Shown: piece after piece, positions 36,542 to 45,451 of the stretch
Layout: each line of letters opens with the position of its first letter
Position numbering within the stretch: the first letter of the stretch is position 1
IMG/VR virus record: IMGVR_UViG_3300023263_000001
Coordinates: 7,896-71,895 of that record
Source: a virus
Taxonomy: Duplodnaviria; Caudoviricetes
Length of the DNA: 64,000 nt
Direction: 5' to 3' (one strand)
Translations under genes and position numbers: made by a program
Notes under the pieces: generated by a model
Seen by the model: only the letters and a program-made list of their open reading frames with translations
What the model was told of the DNA's origin: nothing
Database searches by the model: none

Positions 36542-38656
36542 ATGACCACTCTCAACTCCACAACCCCTGACTATAAAGGCGACACACAGGGCGCCGTCTC
36601 TCCGCCGAACGTCAGCCCTAGCCTCAAGCCGCGAAATCGCGCCATCAAGGACTCGACACAGGCCAAAAACATCATCGTCTCGCTCGAGACCAACAATCGC
36701 CAGCGCAACATCAAGAATGCGCGCATCATGGCGAAGTATAATTCGGAGCGGCCATACTCAAATGACGCTCTGAAGCAGGACGGACTCGACTGGAAGAACA
36801 ACTTTACGACCAAGCCACTGCCGATGCTCATCGACAAGGTGGCGCCGAGGTTCGTTTTGTCGATTCAGTCGATGAAATACCTAACCAACGCACATTTTCC
36901 CGATGACATGCCGGGCGCGGACAAGAAGACGGAGATGTTCCGGCGTGAAATCACGAATCTGTGTCGTCAGAAGGCTGGTTGGAACAACCTGCTCACCGAA
37001 ATCTTCCAAGAGGACGCACTTTTCGGATACTGCGCGACCGGTTGGCTGAATCGCTTCGAGTGGTTCCCGAAATTCGTGCGTCAGGACGAGTTTTTCGTCC
37101 CCACGGGCACGAAGCAGCACGCGAACAGCGCGCAAATCGTCGTGATGAAGGAGCGCTACCTCATCCACGAGCTTTTTCAGCTGATTGAGGACCGAGAGGC
37201 CGCGGAAGTCGCCGGTTGGGTCATCAAGGAGACGGTGGAAGCCATCAACAACGCCACCCCCGAGGACCGGCGCGCCCAATACTCGAATTGGGAGAGACTT
37301 TACGAGGATTTGATTCGCGAAAGCAACGTCGGCATTTCCCACGAGCAGGGCGCACGCGTTATCGAGACGTGGCACCTTCTGGCGCGTGAAACTACGGGAA
37401 AAGTCACGCACTACATCTACACGGCGAACCAGTTCAAGGAAATTTACTGCAAGGAGGACAAGTTCGAGAACATGGCGGACGCCTGCTCGTTCTACACCTT
37501 CCAGCATGGCAACGGAAACATTCACGGGTCGAAAGGAATTGGCCGCGAGATTTATTCCATGGCCGCGATGTTGGACCGCACGCGCAACGAGGTGGTGGAC
37601 CGCTTGAACCTGAGCGGAAAGCTGGTCATCCAAGCCGACGAAAAAATGCTGAAGAAATTCCGCATGAGTGTGGTTGGTAACACGATTCTAATCGGCAAGG
37701 GCTACGAGGTCCTCGACCGTCCCATTGAAGCCGCCGTCGAACCCTTCCTTCAGCTCGACCAATTTCTGACCAGCCTGCTCGACCAGATTGCCGGAGCGAC
37801 AACGCCCCGCGTGTTTGAAGGCGAACGCGTGACCAAAGCGCAGGTCGACTTTTTTGCCCAGCGCGAAAGCGAGTCCAAGGACAACATCATCGGCCGAGCC
37901 CTCAATCAGTTCGCCGACATGATGACGACGATTCAAAAGCGGGCCTGCGACGCGAACAGCAACGAGCCCGACGCACTCGACATGCAGCGGCGCCTGCTGC
38001 TCGTGATGACTCGCGAGGAACTCGACTTCATCGCCAACCAGCGCGTTGCCGAGACGGTCCGAGACTACACGGACATGGAGCGGCAGCAAATCATTCTCAT
38101 CGCGCAGGAAGCTCGTGGCAATCCTCTCTATAACGCGAAGGAGCTTGAGCGCCGGAAACTCACCGCGCAGATTGACGAGGAGTTCGCCAACGCCGTGCTT
38201 TTGCCGGACAACGACCCGGGCGAGACAGCGGAGCAGACCCGCACGCAAATGTTCGAGCTCGACTTGATGACCCGTCAGGCCACGATGGTTCCGGTGGCTC
38301 CGCGTGACAACCACATGATTCACCTGCAGACCGTGATGCCCGCACTCGAAGCCGTGGCTCAGGGCGCCGTGCAGGACCCGTCGCAAGTCGAAACCCTCAA
38401 GGCGATTCTTTCCCACGCTGTCGGCCACTTCCAGATGGCGGAGCAGGCGGGAACTGACAAGAACGAGCTCGCCCCAATCGGACAGATTCTCGACCAATTG
38501 ACCAAGGCTCTCCCCGAGCTCGAGGCCAACGTGCAAGAGCAGGCTGCAACTGCTGACCAAACCGGCGCCAACCAACTCCAAGCCGGTATCGACCAGACGG
38601 GAGCACTCCCCGCGCAGGCGGGAGGCGCGCCCCAGATGGCACCTCCTACGCTATGA
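36542..38656 (+). CDS. Portal protein
   Basis: About 704 aa after TerL, helical, Q/A-rich tail; position before scaffold and capsid. Confidence 0.7.
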   Translation: MTTLNSTTPDYKGDTQGAVSPPNVSPSLKPRNRAIKDSTQAKNIIVSLETNNRQRNIKNARIMAKYNSERPYSNDALKQDGLDWKNNFTTKPLPMLIDKVAPRFVLSIQSMKYLTNAHFPDDMPGADKKTEMFRREITNLCRQKAGWNNLLTEIFQEDALFGYCATGWLNRFEWFPKFVRQDEFFVPTGTKQHANSAQIVVMKERYLIHELFQLIEDREAAEVAGWVIKETVEAINNATPEDRRAQYSNWERLYEDLIRESNVGISHEQGARVIETWHLLARETTGKVTHYIYTANQFKEIYCKEDKFENMADACSFYTFQHGNGNIHGSKGIGREIYSMAAMLDRTRNEVVDRLNLSGKLVIQADEKMLKKFRMSVVGNTILIGKGYEVLDRPIEAAVEPFLQLDQFLTSLLDQIAGATTPRVFEGERVTKAQVDFFAQRESESKDNIIGRALNQFADMMTTIQKRACDANSNEPDALDMQRRLLLVMTREELDFIANQRVAETVRDYTDMERQQIILIAQEARGNPLYNAKELERRKLTAQIDEEFANAVLLPDNDPGETAEQTRTQMFELDLMTRQATMVPVAPRDNHMIHLQTVMPALEAVAQGAVQDPSQVETLKAILSHAVGHFQMAEQAGTDKNELAPIGQILDQLTKALPELEANVQEQAATADQTGANQLQAGIDQTGALPAQAGGAPQMAPPTL

Positions 38657-38988
38657 TAATCCATGCCCCGAAAAATGTTGAGTGGTCTTCCGACGATGCC
38701 GCTCGACTCGGTGAGTTCATCAACAGCCCCACGGGCCAGCGCGTGCTGCAGACGTGGGCGATTGGTCTCCCCGCGCTCCTCGACGGCAGCCATAAAACCA
38801 AAACACTGGTGGCGTCTGGAAAGCACGAGGGGTATCAAGAGGCAATCGACGTTTTTCTCCGGCTGACATACGAGAATCCCAACGCGCCCATTGTGCCGGA
38901 AGTAACAACCTCGAATTACCCATCGCTGGACGACGACTCCACGTGGGTTGAAGAAGACAAAGCAGCGCTTGACAAATCACCGAAATAG
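38653..38988 (+). CDS. Hypothetical protein (portal-adjacent)
   Basis: ATGA-coupled; WSSDDAARLGEFINSPTGQR. Confidence 0.6.
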   Translation: MIIHAPKNVEWSSDDAARLGEFINSPTGQRVLQTWAIGLPALLDGSHKTKTLVASGKHEGYQEAIDVFLRLTYENPNAPIVPEVTTSNYPSLDDDSTWVEEDKAALDKSPK

Positions 38989-38998
38989 CCAACCTCTT
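38969..38998 (+). promoter_or_regulatory. Promoter TTGACA-16-AACCTCTT upstream of scaffold
   Basis: Recurrent motif. Confidence 0.6.
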
Positions 38999-39024
38999 CA
39001 ACGCAGTAAACTACGAACCGTGCT

Positions 39025-40323
39025 ATGGCCGACAATAACGTTCCCGAACTCTCGTCTATCCCTCCCGGGGTAAGCCTCAACCCAGACCCCGCCGCCGTCG
39101 CTGACACAGGCACCGCGCTGGACAACCTTTTCAAGGCAGTCGAGGAGCCACCCGCCGCCCCGGCTCCCGCAGTCACTCCTGACCCCGCGGCGTCGACGCC
39201 TCCGGCTGCCGAGCCGAAGCCCGATGCCGGAGTCACTCCTCCCGCCGCGGCCGTGGTCCCCCCGGTGGTCCCACCGGTCACCCCGCCGGTCGCAGACGCA
39301 CCCGTGAAGGACGACTTCGACGCCGTCCAGCTTCCGCCGCACACCAAGTCGGAGGTCGCTCAGTCTTTCGACACGCTGAAGAAAACCTCCCGCGAGAAGC
39401 TCGCTGCGGTCGCCAAGGAGCGCGACGAAGCGAACGCACGCGCCAAGGAACTGGAGAGCCGCCCCGCCGTCGACCCGAAGCTCGAAGCCGAGCTCAAAGA
39501 GCTGCGAGATTTTCGCGCCAAGATGGACGTCGAGGCCGACCCGACCTTCAAGGAATATTTCGCTGAAGCCAAGGCGAATGACGAAGCCATCTGGGCCAAG
39601 CTGAAAGAGGCCGGAGCCAAGGACGACACGCTCGCGAAGATGAAGGAAATCGGGACGAAGGACCTCGATTGGGAACTCGTCCTCGAGAAGCTTCCGCCGG
39701 TCACTCGCAGATACGTCGAGAACAAGCTAGCGGTGAACGAAGACCTGCACGACCAGCGCACCCGCGCCATCGCCACGGCGAAGCAGAACGCCACTGAGTT
39801 TTTGGCAGAGCGTCAGAAATCCTCAACGCAGGACGAGCTGGCCCACTACGCGAAGGCTGAAGAACACTTCGGCAAGGTGTCAGTTCAGCTGCCGTGGTTC
39901 AAGCTGCAAAAGGCCGAAGCCAACGCGACGCCCGAGCAGAAAGCCGCCATCGAAACAGAGAACAAGTTTTTCCTCTCGACGCAGGACCTTGTCACGAAGA
40001 TGTTGAAGGACCCGTCGCCCGAGATGCGCGCAGTCGCTTCCGTCGGCTACGCGCAGATGCTTCGGCTTCAAGCCGAGATTCCTGCTCTGCAGGCCGAGTT
40101 CGAAGCCGAGAAGAAAACTCTCAGTGACGAAATCACGAAGCTCAAGGCGACCATCAAAGAGCGAGATGACTTCATCGCTCGCGTGAAGGGTGCCTCGCGC
40201 ACCAACCCGAGAGATGGTAGCGCCCCCTCAAATTCCGGAGCTGTTGCGAGTCAGCCCACGTTCGGTGAACACGGCAGCGTCGCGATTGACCGACTGCGGG
40301 CCGAACAAAACGCTGGCGCGTGA
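39025..40323 (+). CDS. Putative capsid scaffolding protein
   Basis: P/A-rich N-terminus, long charged coiled coils, position. Confidence 0.6.
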   Translation: MADNNVPELSSIPPGVSLNPDPAAVADTGTALDNLFKAVEEPPAAPAPAVTPDPAASTPPAAEPKPDAGVTPPAAAVVPPVVPPVTPPVADAPVKDDFDAVQLPPHTKSEVAQSFDTLKKTSREKLAAVAKERDEANARAKELESRPAVDPKLEAELKELRDFRAKMDVEADPTFKEYFAEAKANDEAIWAKLKEAGAKDDTLAKMKEIGTKDLDWELVLEKLPPVTRRYVENKLAVNEDLHDQRTRAIATAKQNATEFLAERQKSSTQDELAHYAKAEEHFGKVSVQLPWFKLQKAEANATPEQKAAIETENKFFLSTQDLVTKMLKDPSPEMRAVASVGYAQMLRLQAEIPALQAEFEAEKKTLSDEITKLKATIKERDDFIARVKGASRTNPRDGSAPSNSGAVASQPTFGEHGSVAIDRLRAEQNAGA

Positions 40324-41156
40324 ACACCACCCTCCACGAGGGAAAGCAAGTTGAAATTTTGTTGCCGTGGTATCGGGAGGTCGCGCCTCAAGTTGCTTTC
40401 ACAGTCATGCGTCTCATGCGGAAGGCCTCTGCCAGCATCGGGGTCCGAGCTCGCTGGGGCGACGCCTGCATCTATCACACCCGAAACATTCTTGCCGAGG
40501 AATTCCTGCGTTCCGGAATCGAATGGAGTTTCTGGATAGATGGAGACGAAATCCTTCCTCATGGCGACGCGAAGTTTTTTAATGCAACTGCTGGGATGCA
40601 CCTCCCAGATGATTTTGCCGGACTTAATGCTATTGACCGGCTTCTTTCTCATGGCAAAACTTTGGTGGGCGGTGTGTATTGGGGTCGTCATCCGAACAGC
40701 AAGCCGATTTATGCGGAGGCGATGAACAACGCCAAGGAGGATGCCTACGCTCGCAAGGGTCCGTATGACCTCGTGAAGCCGACGGCATGGGTGGGGTTCG
40801 GGGCGGTGCTCGTTCACCGCTCTGTTTTTCTCGACATCGAAAAGCGCTACCCGCATCTGGGCCGGAAAGAAGACGGCACCGGGGGCAATTGGTTTTCGCC
40901 TAACGAACAGGACATCCGCCGCAACTTCGACATGTTCGGCGACATACTCAAGGAGGGCTGCGACTCGACCACCAAGCTCGCCAAGCTGCAGGCGCACTAC
41001 GACACCGCGGTGCGACAGAGCGCTCGCCTGCCCGTGGGGGCGGGAGAGGACGTCTCCTTCTGCCAGCGCGCCGCGGATTGTGGACACACGCCGCACGTTG
41101 ACCTTGGCCTGTTCTGCGGACACCTCGGGGACAAAGTCTACGGAAAGACCACGTGA
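40320..41156 (+). CDS. Glycosyltransferase family 2-like protein
   Basis: TRNILAEEFL, FWIDGD, GFGAVLVHRSVF, GEDVSFC, HVDLGLFCGHLG. Confidence 0.75.
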   Translation: MNTTLHEGKQVEILLPWYREVAPQVAFTVMRLMRKASASIGVRARWGDACIYHTRNILAEEFLRSGIEWSFWIDGDEILPHGDAKFFNATAGMHLPDDFAGLNAIDRLLSHGKTLVGGVYWGRHPNSKPIYAEAMNNAKEDAYARKGPYDLVKPTAWVGFGAVLVHRSVFLDIEKRYPHLGRKEDGTGGNWFSPNEQDIRRNFDMFGDILKEGCDSTTKLAKLQAHYDTAVRQSARLPVGAGEDVSFCQRAADCGHTPHVDLGLFCGHLGDKVYGKTT

Positions 41157-41611
41157 AGAAGTCCTATCAGTATCCCGAATACCTTAAGGCGTGGCGCGCC
41201 CGCAATCCCGAAAAACAAAAGGCCATTTCTGACCGGGCGAGAGCAAAGAGGGTAGCTTCCGGCAAGAGACGTGTTGAAGGCCGACTCTATCGCAGGAAAG
41301 TTCTGGCCACGCCCGAGGGTCGATTGATAAGCAATCTGCGTCGCCGGGTCAACAAAGAAGTCCACGGGATTTTGAAATCCGCTCGCACGTTAGAGCTTAT
41401 TGGTTGCCCGGTCAAGCAGTTGAAGGCTCATCTTGAGTCGCACTTCAAGCCCGGCATGAGTTGGGAAAACTACGGCATGTGGGAGATAGACCACATCACC
41501 CCGTGCGCCCGATTTAACCTCTCCGAGCCCGACCAACAGCGAACCTGTTTTCATTGGTCGAATCTTCAACCCCTGTGGATGACTGAGAACCGGAGAAAAG
41601 GTGATGACTAA
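41153..41611 (+). CDS. HNH-type homing endonuclease
   Basis: LIGC...GMSWENYG.WEIDHITPC...CFHWSNLQPLW..ENRRKG. Confidence 0.85.
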   Translation: MKKSYQYPEYLKAWRARNPEKQKAISDRARAKRVASGKRRVEGRLYRRKVLATPEGRLISNLRRRVNKEVHGILKSARTLELIGCPVKQLKAHLESHFKPGMSWENYGMWEIDHITPCARFNLSEPDQQRTCFHWSNLQPLWMTENRRKGDD

Positions 41612-42347
41612 GATTTTGCTGAACATGCAGTTTTGGCACGGGGATAAAGAAGCCGCGATGCGTAATTCCCGGTTCATCGCCGACCTTGAGCCGAAACACA
41701 GTGAGCTGGCCGATTTTCTTTTTTCCGCACGCCACGACTGCACCCACGACACTTCGACCATTGAATACGTCGCTCGAAAGTTCAATACCTTTTCCTTCAT
41801 CAACAAACATCGACGAGCCGAGGGATGGCCGTTTGCTTGTAACGAGCTCTTCTTTGGCTCGACTGACTTCGTCTACACGCAGGTGGAGGCTAAGAAAATG
41901 CCGCAATACAAGGCAGTCATGGCGATTGAAGCCGACGGCAGCCCAATGTCCCCGGATTGGCTTTCTCGTCTACACTCCGAGTGGGACCGACTCCATGCGA
42001 AGGGCGCGAACATGATGGGGGCGTTGATTCCTCCCGGGCCGCCGGAGACGGACGGCAAGCACATCAACGGCAACTGCCTCGTGTCCGCCGAGAAAGAATA
42101 TCTGCACTGGATTGCCCGGAAGATTGGCGGCTGCCGACCGACTGCCGGGTGGGACTGGGTGCTCGCGCCCCTGTTCAAGAAGCAGGGATGGGCCAACTGC
42201 CCCGGCATGCGCTCCTTCTGGCGCTCGCCCGCGATGCCCAAGGAGATTTTCGACAAGCTTCGCAAGGAGGGCGTTTTCTTCGTCCACGGGGTCAAAGACG
42301 ACTCGATTCAGCAGCTGGTTCGCGCTTCCCTTCAGAATCCAGCTTGA
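41601..42347 (+). CDS. Putative glycosyltransferase-like protein
   Basis: AIEADG (ExD) motif, HINGN, WD.., terminal FFVHGVK. Confidence 0.45.
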   Translation: MMTKILLNMQFWHGDKEAAMRNSRFIADLEPKHSELADFLFSARHDCTHDTSTIEYVARKFNTFSFINKHRRAEGWPFACNELFFGSTDFVYTQVEAKKMPQYKAVMAIEADGSPMSPDWLSRLHSEWDRLHAKGANMMGALIPPGPPETDGKHINGNCLVSAEKEYLHWIARKIGGCRPTAGWDWVLAPLFKKQGWANCPGMRSFWRSPAMPKEIFDKLRKEGVFFVHGVKDDSIQQLVRASLQNPA

Positions 42348-42374
42348 CAAACCCGGGTTTCCTCCAACACTCTT
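42344..42374 (+). promoter_or_regulatory. Promoter TTGACA-17-ACACTCTT upstream of major capsid
   Basis: Variant of the recurrent motif. Confidence 0.55.
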
Positions 42375-42377
42375 CCC

Positions 42378-42523
42378 TGACCATACCCGCGCCCGGTCAA
42401 CGCGACTGAGCCAAATCTCCTTTGGTGGCTCGCAAAGGCGGCTGTCAGCTTCCCGAAAAGCTGAGAGAAGCTCCACGCTTCAAATTCGTGGAAATTTGTG
42501 AGTTAACCCGCTACGTAAGTAGC
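42378..42523 (+). ncRNA. Structured 5' leader of the major capsid gene
   Basis: TGACC/GGTCA, GAGCCA/TGGCTC, TCAGCTT/AAGCTGA, CCACG/CGTGG, GCTAC-GTAA-GTAGC hairpins. Confidence 0.5.
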
Positions 42524-42539
42524 ACCATTACAGTATTTT

Positions 42540-43823
42540 ATGGCAGGAGACTGCATCACCCCAGCTCAGGTTTCTGACATTGCTCAGAAAGACACTCAGC
42601 GTCTAGTCGGCGCTATTGCGAAGACCCTCGCGGCCAACGCACCCTTCATGAACGTCATCGGCGGCGGAGTTTTTCCGTCCGGCGTGTCTGACGAAATCCG
42701 AACCTCCGTCCAGCTTCAGGCCGCGCCCGGCGATTCTCTGGCTTTGCCCGAGTTCGTCTGCGACACCGACCTCTGTGGAACCCAAGGTCATCAGGACCTG
42801 ACGGACGCCATCAATTTCGTCACCAAGCTCGAATCGAAGCGCGGCTTCGGTCCCCGAGTCTGCGTGAAGAAAGGCTATGCGGCCTTCAAGACGAGCTACC
42901 TCGCCTCCGAAGACTCGCTCAAGAAACTGGTCACGCAGTATATCAACTCCGACATCCGCGCTCAGCTCTACCTGCGCTCGGCCTCGAAGTTCACTGCTGT
43001 CGCCGGTTACGACTTCAACTCGCTGTTTACCGGCGGGACCGAGACTGACATCGGTGTGAAGTTCGCTCCGCTGTTGCCCACGGGACCCATGTCCTTCAAG
43101 GCCCTTCACTACATCGCCCGCTACATCAAGGAGAATCTTTTCGCCGAGATGTTCGACGCTGGCGACAAGGGCAGCCCGCACTTCCGCGTCATCGCCTCCG
43201 CCGACCAGATTGAACTGTTCCGCGCCGAGTCCGGTGTCAAGGACATCCTCCAGTCGTATGTGACCGGTGGATACAAGCAGGGTGAACTCTCCCTCGCTGG
43301 CTACAGCTGGGAAACGGCGCCCGCGTATCGCGGCCTCGCCTTTGGTATCGACCAGCGGCCTCTGCGCGCCACCGGCTTCAAGGCCAATGGCACGTTGAAC
43401 CTCGTCGACCCCGTCACCATCGTCACGAACGCGACGAAGAACACGGCGTATGCCAAGCCCAACCCCTCGTGGTTGACGGCTGACTACGAAGTGCTGTTCC
43501 TTCTCGCCGACATGAGCTTCGAGCGCTTGGTGCCCGAACGCTACGTCGGTGAAGGCTCGTTCAAGTTCGCGCCTCAGTTATACATGGGCGAACTCGAGTG
43601 GCACTACCAAATCGACAACGACTGCAACGTCTACGGCGATTTCGGCTGGCACAAGTATCAAATCATCCGCGCTTACAAGCCGATTCGGCCCCAGTTCGTG
43701 GTCCCGATTCTGTATCGCCGATGCACGGCCGACCTCGGTCTCCCGGACTGCACGGTGCCGACCAGCTCCAGCTACACTGGTTCTGACGCGTTCACCACGG
43801 TTGGTGTGACCTGCGAGGCGTAA
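42540..43823 (+). CDS. Major capsid protein
   Basis: 427 aa, strongly biased codons, own promoter and strong terminator, after scaffold. Confidence 0.75.
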   Translation: MAGDCITPAQVSDIAQKDTQRLVGAIAKTLAANAPFMNVIGGGVFPSGVSDEIRTSVQLQAAPGDSLALPEFVCDTDLCGTQGHQDLTDAINFVTKLESKRGFGPRVCVKKGYAAFKTSYLASEDSLKKLVTQYINSDIRAQLYLRSASKFTAVAGYDFNSLFTGGTETDIGVKFAPLLPTGPMSFKALHYIARYIKENLFAEMFDAGDKGSPHFRVIASADQIELFRAESGVKDILQSYVTGGYKQGELSLAGYSWETAPAYRGLAFGIDQRPLRATGFKANGTLNLVDPVTIVTNATKNTAYAKPNPSWLTADYEVLFLLADMSFERLVPERYVGEGSFKFAPQLYMGELEWHYQIDNDCNVYGDFGWHKYQIIRAYKPIRPQFVVPILYRRCTADLGLPDCTVPTSSSYTGSDAFTTVGVTCEA

Positions 43824-43834
43824 GCCTTAAATCT

Positions 43835-43875
43835 GAGTGCGCTGGAATAAGCCCCAGCGCACTCTTTCCCTTTTT
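43835..43875 (+). terminator. Intrinsic terminator
   Basis: GAGTGCGCTGG/CCAGCGCACTC plus TTTCCCTTTTT. Confidence 0.8.
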
Positions 43876-43879
43876 CTTT

Positions 43880-44086
43880 ATGGCTGAATTTGTTGAACAC
43901 GGACTGCACGACCAAGAGTGGCCGACGCTCGCGAAGGCGGCGAACACACTTTTCTCGCTGAGCCTGTCCCCCTACAACGACCCGAAAGACGTCCTTGTAG
44001 CCGTCCTTGCCAAGGTTGGTGAGGACGCGAAAAACACCGAGACTCTCGACAGCTTGCTCGTCAAGCTACTCGCGCACGTCTCGTAA
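43880..44086 (+). CDS. Small protein with diverged copies of the GDSDNxLLxKI motif
   Basis: AKNTETLDSLLVKLL aligns to PRLGDSDNTLLRKIL. Confidence 0.6.
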   Translation: MAEFVEHGLHDQEWPTLAKAANTLFSLSLSPYNDPKDVLVAVLAKVGEDAKNTETLDSLLVKLLAHVS

Positions 44087-44132
44087 CCAATGTCGGTGTT
44101 GCTTTGCACGCAGCAACGCCGGTTCGTAGGAG

Positions 44133-44166
44133 AGGGTTGCGGAACAAATCCGCAGCCCTTTTTGTT
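44133..44166 (+). terminator. Intrinsic terminator
   Basis: AGGGTTGCGG/CCGCAGCCCT plus TTTTGTT. Confidence 0.7.
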
Positions 44167-44202
44167 CGTTGACGGAGCTGTGTATGTCGAACTTATTCAG
44201 AT

Positions 44203-44373
44203 ATGTCACCCTTTGCTGACCCAACCCCCAAACTGGGAGACGAGAACAACGTTCTGCTCTCGAAGATTTGTCAGGTTCTGAACGACGCGGGCTCGGGTGA
44301 CCACCCTCCGGAACCCGGCGACTCGGACAACAATTTACTTTTCAAAATCTGCCTGCTCGTTAACGAGCCATAA
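44203..44373 (+). CDS. 56-aa protein with two PxxGDxxNxLLxKI motifs
   Basis: Manual translation MSPFADPTPKLGDENNVLLSKICQVLNDAGSGDHPPEPGDSDNNLLFKICLLVNEP; promoter-like TTGACG-15-AACTTATT upstream. Confidence 0.7.
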   Translation: MSPFADPTPKLGDENNVLLSKICQVLNDAGSGDHPPEPGDSDNNLLFKICLLVNEP

Positions 44374-44375
44374 AC

Positions 44376-44450
44376 GTGGACACGACCCCACAACTCGGAG
44401 ACTCGGACAACACCTTGCTGAAGAAAATTCTTCAAGCGCTGCTCGAATAA
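44376..44450 (+). CDS. 24-aa microprotein consisting of one motif copy
   Basis: GTG-started MDTTPQLGDSDNTLLKKILQALLE. Confidence 0.6.
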   Translation: MDTTPQLGDSDNTLLKKILQALLE

Positions 44451-44452
44451 CC

Positions 44453-45013
44453 ATGGACACAATCCCGCGTCTCGGCGATTCCGACAACACCTTACTGAGG
44501 AAAATTCTTCAGATTTGGTCGGCTGCGCCCACGCCGGAGCCCCCCGGGGACGATTATTACGAGGCGGCTCCCCTCGCCAATGCCAATGAAGGTTCTTTCA
44601 GCCCGGGGCCAACAATCATGATTTGGAGCACGGTGATTATCGGCGAGGGTGGCACTGCGGACTCGTTGGAGATTTACCAGTCTTCTTGCTTCGGCGCTTA
44701 CAACCTTAAGCTGGCTCTTTACGACGTGGGGGGCAATCGTCTTGCAGTGGTGACGACGTCTTCACCGGGGGTCCTCGCCAATGACAGTTACATCGTGGGC
44801 GTGATAAGCGCGCCGGTTTCCGCGGGCACTCATTACATCGCGGCCATCGACGACACCGGAAATCCGATTTGGGCCGCGGATAATGGGACTGTGACCTTGA
44901 TTCACGATGCAAGCATCGGCCTCGTTGCGTATGCCGCCGGTCCTCCGGCCACCCTTCCCAGCCCCACTACCTTTGACGGACAATTTGTCATGCGAGTGCA
45001 TGTGACCCATTGA
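44453..45013 (+). CDS. Motif-anchored beta-rich (decoration/lectin-like) protein
   Basis: MDTIPRLGDSDNTLLRKILQ then a PTPEPP linker and a beta-strand-rich domain. Confidence 0.65.
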   Translation: MDTIPRLGDSDNTLLRKILQIWSAAPTPEPPGDDYYEAAPLANANEGSFSPGPTIMIWSTVIIGEGGTADSLEIYQSSCFGAYNLKLALYDVGGNRLAVVTTSSPGVLANDSYIVGVISAPVSAGTHYIAAIDDTGNPIWAADNGTVTLIHDASIGLVAYAAGPPATLPSPTTFDGQFVMRVHVTH

Positions 45014-45261
45014 TGAATCCCTCGACCATATTCTCAATCCCACCAGCCTCAGAACTGACGAATACTTCAGTTCCGATTCAACTGGCATTGATGCTCTGGA
45101 GAGTTTCCTTGGCTCGTCAATCTGGAAGGACCCAGTTTTCATTTCCCATAAACCCCAAATTTTCTAGCTCTGGTGTTAGGACATCGTTAAAAACTTTTCT
45201 GGAGGTCCGGAACTATCAGGTAGTGTTGGGACCCACGGAAACTATCGTCTCTTGGAACTAA
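45010..45261 (+). CDS. Small hypothetical protein
   Basis: 83-aa ORF overlapping the upstream stop; lower GC. Confidence 0.4.
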   Translation: MMNPSTIFSIPPASELTNTSVPIQLALMLWRVSLARQSGRTQFSFPINPKFSSSGVRTSLKTFLEVRNYQVVLGPTETIVSWN

Positions 45262-45262
45262 G

Positions 45263-45451
45263 ATGCAAATCCCGGACAACATCAAAGTGGGCGGAGCCAG
45301 CCTCCTCGGAGTGGGTGCGCCCCTCATGAATCTGGCGCTCACCGACGTGGAAAGCGTGCTGAAACTGTTTTTGCTGCTGGCACAAATCGCCGTCGCCGTC
45401 ACCTCCGCGCTCTACGTCTATTCGAAGTGGAAGAAAAATCGCAAAGAATGA
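45263..45451 (+). CDS. Holin-like small membrane protein
   Basis: Two hydrophobic helices, basic C-terminus KWKKNRKE. Confidence 0.5.
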   Translation: MQIPDNIKVGGASLLGVGAPLMNLALTDVESVLKLFLLLAQIAVAVTSALYVYSKWKKNRKE

